Below are positions 54,814 to 64,000 of a stretch of DNA of 64,000 nucleotides, one piece after another. The translations under genes and the position numbers were made by a program. Every line of letters begins with the position of its first letter. The stretch's first letter is position 1. Below the pieces are notes generated by a model that was not told the DNA's origin, searched no databases, and worked only from the letters and a program-made list of their open reading frames with translations. Source of the DNA: Candidatus Deferrimicrobiaceae bacterium (GTDB taxonomy: Bacteria > Desulfobacterota > Deferrimicrobia > Deferrimicrobiales > Deferrimicrobiaceae); contig CAWBVY010000006.1 of the NCBI GenBank assembly GCA_963792415.1, forward strand, positions 160,001 through 224,000, written 5' to 3'.

Positions 54814-55833
54814 TTACGCCGCCCCTTCCATGGAAGGGGTGTATTTCCCGTAGCGGGCCGCCCCGTTCAATTTCGACCGGTGGAGGAACGCCTCCTTCGC
54901 CGCCGGGACGCTCGCCGCCTTCCCTCTCCACGCTTTCAATACCGGATCCTGCAACGCCCTCCCGTAGGAGAAACTCAATTCCCACGGGTGCTTCCCCATT
55001 GCGTTCATGGCGCTCAGATTCTCGGTGGCCTGACGCGGGGCCTGGCCTCCGGAGAGGAATACGATGCCGTGGACGGCCGGCGGGACGACGCGGGAGAGGG
55101 TTCGAACCGTCGCTTCCGCCACCTGCGCCGCTCCCGCCTGTGTCGGACACCCCTTCCCCGAAACGACCATGTTGGGCTTCAGCAGGGTTCCCTCGAGCGC
55201 CACGCGATGGGCCGTCAATTCCGCATAGACCAGCGAGAGCACTTCGGTGGTCACCTCCTCGCACCGCTCGATCGAGTGGTCCCCGTCCATCAGCACCTCC
55301 GGCTCCACGATGGGGACGAGCCCCGCTTCCTGGCACAGCGCGGCGTATCGGGCCAGCGCGTGGGCGTTTGCCTGGATGCAGTAGCGCGTCGGGATCCCGG
55401 CGCCGATGTCGATCACCGCCCGCCACTTCGCGAAACGCGCCCCCAGCGCCCGGTATTCCGGCAGGCGTCCCCGCAGCCCGTCCAGGCCCACGGTGATCTT
55501 CTCCCCGGGGAACCCGACCAGCGCCTTCGCCCCTTCGTCGACCTTGATCCCGGGTACGATCCCCTGCCGTTCCAGCACCTTCGTGAACGGCGTCCCGTCG
55601 GCGGAGCGTTGCCGGATCGTTTCGTCGTAGAGGATCACGCCGCTGATGAATTCCGAGACGCCCGGTGTCGTGAAAAGGAGTTCCCGGTAAAGGCGCCGAT
55701 TTTCCTCCGTGGACGGTACGTCGATCGCCTTGAACCGTTTCTCGATGGTCGGGGCGCTTTCGTCCGCCGCCAGGATCCCCTTTCCAGGGGAGACGAGGGA
55801 GCGCGCGACCGATTCCAGTCCGCCGAGGGTCAT
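54814..55833 (-). CDS. fructose-bisphosphate aldolase class I
   Basis: GKGILAADES, GIKVD, FAKWRAVI, PIVEPEV, LLKPNMV, FLSGGQ, FSYGRALQ. Confidence 0.95.
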   Translation of the reverse strand: MTLGGLESVARSLVSPGKGILAADESAPTIEKRFKAIDVPSTEENRRLYRELLFTTPGVSEFISGVILYDETIRQRSADGTPFTKVLERQGIVPGIKVDEGAKALVGFPGEKITVGLDGLRGRLPEYRALGARFAKWRAVIDIGAGIPTRYCIQANAHALARYAALCQEAGLVPIVEPEVLMDGDHSIERCEEVTTEVLSLVYAELTAHRVALEGTLLKPNMVVSGKGCPTQAGAAQVAEATVRTLSRVVPPAVHGIVFLSGGQAPRQATENLSAMNAMGKHPWELSFSYGRALQDPVLKAWRGKAASVPAAKEAFLHRSKLNGAARYGKYTPSMEGAA

Positions 55834-55990
55834 CTTCCCACCTCCAGGATGATTTTCGTTCCAGTCAGAGGATTCCCCTCCGGACACCGGGGTTTCGTAC
55901 TTCCTCCGCGTCGGGAGGCCCGTTCGCCACGTCTTCTTTTCCTGTTATATTCGAACGAAAGAGTGGAATCCACCCCACGGAGGGCGCGAC

Positions 55991-56353
55991 GTGTCGGTAC
56001 GGAAGGACGATCCGGTGATGGTCTACTCCACGGAGCGGGGACTCGTCTGCCCGAAGTGCCGGGTGCCCGTGGCGAAATGCCGCTGCGGGAAGGGGGAACC
56101 TGCGCCCGCGGGGGACGGGATCGTCCGGGTCCGCCGGGAGACGAAGGGGCGGGGAGGAAAGACGGTGACCGCCGTGTCGGGCGTCCCGCTGGGAGGGGAG
56201 GCGCTCCGGGACCTTGCATCGGACCTGAAACGCCGCTGCGGCACCGGGGGAACGGCAAAGGACGGGGTGATCGAGGTCCAGGGGGACCACAGGGAGACGA
56301 TCGTGGCGGAACTTTCCCGCCGCGGCTTCACCGTGAAGCTGGCGGGGGGATGA
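55991..56353 (+). CDS. yciH: SUI1/YciH translation initiation factor homologue
   Basis: RETKGRGGKTVT, LKRRCGTGGTAKDGVIEVQGDH; N-terminal CxxC..CxC. Confidence 0.92.
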   Translation: MSVRKDDPVMVYSTERGLVCPKCRVPVAKCRCGKGEPAPAGDGIVRVRRETKGRGGKTVTAVSGVPLGGEALRDLASDLKRRCGTGGTAKDGVIEVQGDHRETIVAELSRRGFTVKLAGG

Positions 56354-56993
56354 GCCCTTCCGCCTGAGAGCGAAAGGAGTCGGCGAGGAGCGCGGCCACT
56401 TTCCTGGAGAGGAGCAGTCCGACGTGGGATGCTCGCACCGTGACCATCCGCGCCCCCTCGACGCGCGTTTCCTCGACGCGGATGACGCCGTCGTGGGGCT
56501 TCTTCAGGCCGAGGAGAAGCCCCGACCCCAGCGGGATGTCGCCGGCGACGACGAGAAGGTCCCTTCCGACCGGCCATTTCGGCGCATGTTCGACGATCCC
56601 CTCCCGGATCACGCCGCCCACGAGCCATCGCCCGGCCCGGCGCCGGGACATGATCCTCGCCGCCGCGCTCCCCCCCATCGGAGCCCCCAGCATCGCGACG
56701 CGACCCGGTCGCGATAACGGGGCCTCCTCCAGCATCTTCGCGATCACGATCCCGCCCAGGCTGTGCCCGACAAGGTGCACCCGCTTCCCTTCCGTCGCCT
56801 CGACGAACTCCCGGAGGGCGCCCGCCGCCTGCGCGAGGCCTCCCCGCCAGGAGCGGTACCGGAAGTAGCGAACGCGGAAACCCGCCTCCTCGAGACGTAC
56901 GCCGAGGACGCGCATCTCCGTCCCCGTCATCCAGAGCCCGTGAACGAGGACGATCGCTTCGCTCCTCTCCGTTTCCGGCAGGTTTCCCCCCAC
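56328..56993 (-). CDS. alpha/beta hydrolase (esterase/lipase-like)
   Basis: VLVHGLW, GHSLGG, HDG, SHVGLL; start uncertain. Confidence 0.82.
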   Translation of the reverse strand: MGGNLPETERSEAIVLVHGLWMTGTEMRVLGVRLEEAGFRVRYFRYRSWRGGLAQAAGALREFVEATEGKRVHLVGHSLGGIVIAKMLEEAPLSRPGRVAMLGAPMGGSAAARIMSRRRAGRWLVGGVIREGIVEHAPKWPVGRDLLVVAGDIPLGSGLLLGLKKPHDGVIRVEETRVEGARMVTVRASHVGLLLSRKVAALLADSFRSQAEGLIPPPASR

Positions 56994-57038
56994 GACACCC
57001 TCCCGGCCGGGATTATATCCCATCGGTTGATGTAGACT

Positions 57039-59521
<2,483 letters not shown>

Positions 59522-59544
59522 ACGATTCACGCATCGAACGAAGC

Positions 59545-59589
59545 ACGCCGGCCGGGTCGGGGTCTCCCCTCCCGGCCGGCGTCGTTTTC
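59545..59589 (+). terminator. intrinsic terminator after mdh
   Basis: acgccggccggg...cccggccggcgt followed by cgtttt. Confidence 0.7.
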
Positions 59590-59623
59590 ACCTGCGAGTC
59601 TCACGGATTCCTGCATGCGATCA

Positions 59624-59654
59624 TTGACACTCCCCGGGGGGGGAAGGGTATAAA
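59624..59654 (+). promoter_or_regulatory. sigma70-like promoter with a G8 tract in a 19-nt spacer
   Basis: TTGACA (59624-29), 19 nt, TATAAA (59649-54). Confidence 0.55.
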
Positions 59655-59697
59655 GGGAAGGGAAACCGCAACGCCGGAAATCCGGAAAGGGAGAACA

Positions 59698-60162
59698 ATG
59701 AAGAGCTCCGTGACCGCCACGCTCCTGCTGGTCGCCCTGTGCCTCCCGGCTGCCGCCGTCACGGCAGCCGCAGGAGAAACGATCGGCGTGGTGCGAACCA
59801 CGTCGGGCGACGCCACCGTCACCCGCGGGGATGAGACGCTCCCCGCCGCCCCGGGATTGAAGATCCTGGTCGGGGACACCCTCGGCACCGGGCCGGACGG
59901 TTCGCTCGGCGTCATCCTTCGTGACGACTCCTCCCTCTCCATCGGCCCCGGGAGCCGTCTCGTCCTCCGGAGTTTCCAGTTCTCGCCCTATGAGGAAAAG
60001 TTCGGCCTGGTGGCCCGCATCACCCGGGGGACGATGGCATACCTCTCGGGCCTGATCGGGAAGCTGGCCCCCGGAAAAGCCCGCTTCGAAACCCCCACCG
60101 CCACCATCGGCATCCGGGGAACGCGCCTCGCCGTGAAGGTGGGGGAACCTTCCTCACGATGA
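59698..60162 (+). CDS. periplasmic FecR-domain protein
   Basis: Signal peptide, GDTLGTG.DG, DDSSLSIGP, TPTATIGIRGT. Confidence 0.87.
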   Translation: MKSSVTATLLLVALCLPAAAVTAAAGETIGVVRTTSGDATVTRGDETLPAAPGLKILVGDTLGTGPDGSLGVILRDDSSLSIGPGSRLVLRSFQFSPYEEKFGLVARITRGTMAYLSGLIGKLAPGKARFETPTATIGIRGTRLAVKVGEPSSR

Positions 60163-60175
60163 TCGCGATCGCGCG

Positions 60176-60817
60176 GTGGAAACGAGGTCCAACGTGACTC
60201 GGCGGCCTCTGGTCCTTCCGGTCGTACTCCTCCTTCTCGCGTCCGCCTGCGCCACATCGCCGAAGCCGCCTCCCCCCGCGTCGCGCGACATCATCGTCCT
60301 CCTCCCCGACGACCAGGGAAAGACCGGAGCCATTGTGGTCTCGAGCGCCGGTGTCGAACGCCGCCTGGACCGTCCGGGGGAGATGGTGACGGTCGAGGCG
60401 GGGTCGCCTCCCGGAATCCCCACCGTGATCCCCGGACAGGAGGTTCGCGAGATCGCGGGCCCGGCCCTCGCGGCCCTCCCGAAGCCGCCGGCGCGGTTCA
60501 TCCTCTACTTCAAGCACGACTCGGTCGAGCTCACGGGGGAGTCGCAGGCGCTGCTGCAAACAGTGCTGGAGACGATCCGTGACCGCGCCCCGGTGGACGT
60601 CAGCGTGGTGGGTCACACCGACACGGTCGGAAAGAAAGGGTACAACTACACCCTCTCCATGAAACGCGCCAGGGAGGTGGCCTCCATCCTTCTCGGGAAA
60701 GGGATCGATCCCTCCGTCCTCGACATCACGTCCCACGGGAAGGATAACCCGCTGATCCCCACCGGCGACCAGGTCCCCGAACCCCGGAACCGACGGGTCG
60801 AGATCACGGTCCGGTAA
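60176..60817 (+). CDS. OmpA-family peptidoglycan-binding lipoprotein
   Basis: Lipobox ASAC, VGHTDTVG, NYTLSMKRA, NRRVEI. Confidence 0.9.
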   Translation: METRSNVTRRPLVLPVVLLLLASACATSPKPPPPASRDIIVLLPDDQGKTGAIVVSSAGVERRLDRPGEMVTVEAGSPPGIPTVIPGQEVREIAGPALAALPKPPARFILYFKHDSVELTGESQALLQTVLETIRDRAPVDVSVVGHTDTVGKKGYNYTLSMKRAREVASILLGKGIDPSVLDITSHGKDNPLIPTGDQVPEPRNRRVEITVR

Positions 60818-60825
60818 CCGGCGCC

Positions 60826-62832
60826 TTGAGAGGTCCGTCCCGCTACCCCGCGCTTCCAACGATCCTCGCCGGCGTCGCCCTCACCGTCCTCGGGGGCGCC
60901 CTCGCCGTCTGGCCTCCGCCCCTGGCCGTGTCCATCGAGGGGAAGGTCTACGACACCTTCCTCCGGTCCGCACCCCGGCATCCCGCACCCGGCCCGATCA
61001 CGATCGTGGATCTCGACGAGAAGAGCCTCGAACGGCTCGGTCAGTGGCCGTGGCCGCGGTACCGGATCGGCCGCCTCCTCGAACGGATCCGCGAGGACGG
61101 CGCGACGGCGGTGGGACTCGACATGGTGTTCGCCGAACCCGACCGGACGTCGCTCACATCCCTTTCCGGCGAGATCCTGCGGGAATTCCCCGGGACGCGG
61201 ATCGACCTGGCGGGCTTTCCGCCGGCAGCGCTGGACACCGACCGGACCCTCGCGGCGACGCTCGCCGGAGATAACGCCTTCGTCCTCAGCTACCAGTTCG
61301 AGTTCGATACGGAGCGTGGGAACGGGTGTCTCCTCCACCCGCTTCGCGCGGCGGTTCTCTCCGGCGGGGGAACGGGAAGGTCCGACGGCATCTTCGACGG
61401 GAGGGGGGTCGTCTGCAACCTGCCCGCGCTGTCGAAGGCGGCCGGCGCCTCCGGCTTCATGAACGCCACCCCCGACCCGGACGGAGTCCTGCGCCGCGTT
61501 CCCCTGGTGATCCGCCACAAGGGGGCGCTCTACCCGAACCTCGCCCTGGCCCTTTACCTCCGAGCTCGCGGCGGCGATGCCGTCCTTGAAACGGGACCGG
61601 AGGGGGTCGAGGCGCTGCGGCTTGACGGGAGGCGGATCCCCCTCGACCGACACGGCAACCTGCTGGTGAACTTTCGCGGTCCCCAACAGACCTTTCCGCA
61701 TCTGTCCGCCGCCGATGTCCTCGACAACACCGCGGACCCGGCCCTGCTGAACGGAAGGATCGTGCTGGTGGGGACCTCCGCCGCCGCGCTCAAGGATATC
61801 CGCACCACGCCGCTCGACTCCCGCCAGCCCGGAGTGGAAATCCACGCCAACGTCCTCGACAACCTGCTTTCGGGAGACCCCATCTCGGAGCCGCAATGGA
61901 CACGGGCGCTGAGGGTCCTCCTTGTCCTGTTCCCCGGATTCCTACTGACAGGCCTTCTGGCGCGCACCAGCGCCGCGTGGGGGCTCGCGCTGATCATCCC
62001 GTCCGCGGCGGGAATCTGGCTCGGGTCCTGGGGACTCCTCGCCTACCGGCAGGTTTTCCTTCCCCCGCTCCTGCCGGTGGTCACGCTGACGGTCGTCTTC
62101 ACGGTCCTCACCTCCATGCGGTTCCTGCGTGCCGACCGGCAGGTACGCGAGCGAACCCGCAAACTCGCCCTGACCCAGGACGCGATCATCCAGAGCCTGG
62201 CCGCCCTGACGGAGACCCGGCACCACGAAACCGGGGGCCACATCCAGCGCACCCGGCACTACATCCGGGTACTTGCCGGGCGCCTGCAGGCGCGTCCGGA
62301 GTTCCGGACCCTGCTGGACGACGCCACCGTGGATCTCCTCTTTCGGCTCGCCCCCCTCCACGACATCGGCAAGGTCGGCGTGCGCGACCGGATCCTGCTG
62401 AAGCCGGCCCGGTTGACGCCGGAGGAGTACGGGGAGATGAAACGGCACACGGTTTACGGGTCCGAGACGATCCGGCTTGCGAAACGGATGCTGGGGGAGG
62501 ACGCTTTTTTCCAGACCGCGGATGATCTCGTCCTGAACCATCACGAGCGGTGGGACGGAACCGGGTATCCGAACGGCCTGCGCGGGGAAGCGATCCCCCT
62601 GCCGGGGCGCCTGATGGCCGTGGCCGACGCCTACGACGCGATCATCTCCTACCGCGTCTACAAACCGGCGCTCACCCACGAGGAGGCGGTCCGCGAAATG
62701 AGCGAAAAGCGGGGGACGTACTTCGACCCCGACGTGCTGGACGCCTTCCTGGAAGTTGCCGAGGATTTCCGGGAGATCGCCGCCCGCTTCACCGGCACCG
62801 GCGTGGAGCCCGAACTGCCCCCGGAAGCGTGA
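60826..62832 (+). CDS. CHASE2 sensor / HD-GYP c-di-GMP phosphodiesterase
   Basis: DEKSLERLGQWPWPR, DPDGVLRR, PGVEIHA, three TM helices, HDIGK, HHERWDGTGYP. Confidence 0.92.
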   Translation: MRGPSRYPALPTILAGVALTVLGGALAVWPPPLAVSIEGKVYDTFLRSAPRHPAPGPITIVDLDEKSLERLGQWPWPRYRIGRLLERIREDGATAVGLDMVFAEPDRTSLTSLSGEILREFPGTRIDLAGFPPAALDTDRTLAATLAGDNAFVLSYQFEFDTERGNGCLLHPLRAAVLSGGGTGRSDGIFDGRGVVCNLPALSKAAGASGFMNATPDPDGVLRRVPLVIRHKGALYPNLALALYLRARGGDAVLETGPEGVEALRLDGRRIPLDRHGNLLVNFRGPQQTFPHLSAADVLDNTADPALLNGRIVLVGTSAAALKDIRTTPLDSRQPGVEIHANVLDNLLSGDPISEPQWTRALRVLLVLFPGFLLTGLLARTSAAWGLALIIPSAAGIWLGSWGLLAYRQVFLPPLLPVVTLTVVFTVLTSMRFLRADRQVRERTRKLALTQDAIIQSLAALTETRHHETGGHIQRTRHYIRVLAGRLQARPEFRTLLDDATVDLLFRLAPLHDIGKVGVRDRILLKPARLTPEEYGEMKRHTVYGSETIRLAKRMLGEDAFFQTADDLVLNHHERWDGTGYPNGLRGEAIPLPGRLMAVADAYDAIISYRVYKPALTHEEAVREMSEKRGTYFDPDVLDAFLEVAEDFREIAARFTGTGVEPELPPEA

Positions 62833-62980
62833 TTTGTCCCGGGGGTACCCCAGGGAGTGCCCTCCGTTATTCCTACAGCGAGGGTACCCCAGGGGGCGTA
62901 TTTCATACGGGAGTGGGGCGCGTTTCGTCCGGAAGTGGGGCGCCCCCACCCACCCCCCGCGCGCGTTCGTCGTACTCCGG

Positions 62981-64000
62981 TCAGACCGGGCGGTTGTCGA
63001 AGACCCGTTTCGTCTTGCGCTCGGAGCGCGGGAGGGTCCCGTACGGGATCATGTCGACCGCGCAGGAGACCATCAGGTTCCGCTTGATCTCCGACGCGAC
63101 GACGCGGGCGACCGACGCGGTGTCCGCCTCGGCGACCCCCGCGGCCGCCTCGACCTTTACCGTCATGTAATCCTTCCCGTCGGCCTTCCGGTCGAGGAGA
63201 ACCTGGTACTCGCTTCCGATCCGACCGATCCGCGAGAGGACCTCGTCCACCTGGCCGGGGTAGACGTTCACACCGCGGAAGACGACCATGTCGTCGGAAC
63301 GCCCGAGGATCCGGTCGTGGCGCGGGAGGGTGCAACCGCAGGGACACGGCCCCTCGATCAGCCGGGTCAGGTCGCGGGAGCGATACCGGAGGAGCGGCGC
63401 GGCCTCCTTGCGCAGCGTCGTGTAGACCATCTCGCCGATCTCCCCGGGGACGACGGGGGCAAGCGTCTCCGGATCCAGGATCTCCAGGATGTAGTAGTCG
63501 GCCCAGTAGTGGATCCCGACGTTTTGGCGGCAGGTGAGGCCGGTCCCGGGCCCGTAGAGTTCCGTCAGCCCGGGAATGTCGTACACCTCCTCGACGCCCA
63601 GCAGGTCGCGGATGGTCTGGAGCATCGCCTCGCTCGTCCGCTCGGCGCCAAGGATCACCTTCTTGAGCCGGAGCCGCCCCCGCAGGCCGCGCGCGTGGAC
63701 CTCCTCCGCCACGAGGAGCCCCATCGACGCGGTGCAGCAGAGCACGGTCGTCTGGAGGTCGATCAGGAAATTGCACTGCAGCTCGAGGTTCCCGGGCCCG
63801 GAAGGGATCGCCATCGCCCCGAACCGTTCCACCCCCAGTTGAAATCCGGCTCCCGCAGTCCACAGCCCGTACCCGACGCAGATCTGGACACGGTCCTCGC
63901 GAGATAGCCCCGCCATCTCATAGCAGCGCGCAAACATGTCCAGCCAGTCGTCGATGTCTTTCCGCGTGTAGCAGAGGATCTTCCGCTTTCCCGTGGTTCC
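62981..64000 (-). CDS. paaK: phenylacetate-CoA ligase family (3' part; runs off window end)
   Basis: GTTGK, YGLWTAG, GLTELYGPG, LRYRSRD, GRSDDM..RGVNVYP. Confidence 0.88.
   Translation of the reverse strand, partial: GTTGKRKILCYTRKDIDDWLDMFARCYEMAGLSREDRVQICVGYGLWTAGAGFQLGVERFGAMAIPSGPGNLELQCNFLIDLQTTVLCCTASMGLLVAEEVHARGLRGRLRLKKVILGAERTSEAMLQTIRDLLGVEEVYDIPGLTELYGPGTGLTCRQNVGIHYWADYYILEILDPETLAPVVPGEIGEMVYTTLRKEAAPLLRYRSRDLTRLIEGPCPCGCTLPRHDRILGRSDDMVVFRGVNVYPGQVDEVLSRIGRIGSEYQVLLDRKADGKDYMTVKVEAAAGVAEADTASVARVVASEIKRNLMVSCAVDMIPYGTLPRSERKTKRVFDNRPV

Noticed and set aside
54814-55833. Eukaryote-type class I aldolase as a horizontal transfer novelty
   Set aside because: This family is widespread in bacteria and its composition matches the host.
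62981-64000. paaK-like ligase as the missing 3-HP-CoA ligase
   Set aside because: It lies 25 kb away, belongs to the aryl-CoA ligase family, and has no linkage evidence.

Overview
High-GC bacterial chromosome segment. Its RpoB/RpoC/EF-Tu/Mdh sequences look deltaproteobacterial (Desulfobacterota-like, possibly the Ca. Deferrimicrobium/MBNT15 group); this taxonomy is an impression, not a test result. 1-14.6 kb is the core transcription/translation cluster on the minus strand: tRNA-Thr/Tyr/Gly/Thr, tuf, rpmG, tRNA-Trp, secE, nusG, rplKAJL, rpoBC and the start of rpsL. It is followed by rlmB-pyrF-proS-ispG, a type IV minor-pilin/PilY1 operon with a sigma54-type promoter, cobB-SCP2, coaE and csp. 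The standout feature is a single ~2,580-aa ORF (30392-38140). It fuses a propionyl-CoA-synthase/crotonyl-CoA-carboxylase-type enoyl-CoA reductase, an enoyl-CoA hydratase, a ~520-aa unrecognised domain and four SDR domains resembling malonyl-CoA reductase with its halves in swapped order. It is a candidate one-polypeptide malonyl-CoA -> 3-hydroxypropionate -> acrylyl-CoA -> propionyl-/methylmalonyl-CoA megaenzyme, and its reductase carries carboxylase-type CO2-binding motifs. A second novelty is a bipartite palindromic repeat family (CTTCGC...GCTWCG). It abuts the CCA ends of three tRNAs, is tandemly amplified (4 x 58 bp) after tRNA-Tyr, and has inserted in frame into proS. The rest of the window holds a LIV ABC transporter, housekeeping and redox genes, a doubly frameshifted DUF748 gene, class I aldolase, mdh, a FecR-OmpA-CHASE2/HD-GYP operon and a partial paaK. 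All family assignments are from motif recognition by eye; no searches were run.
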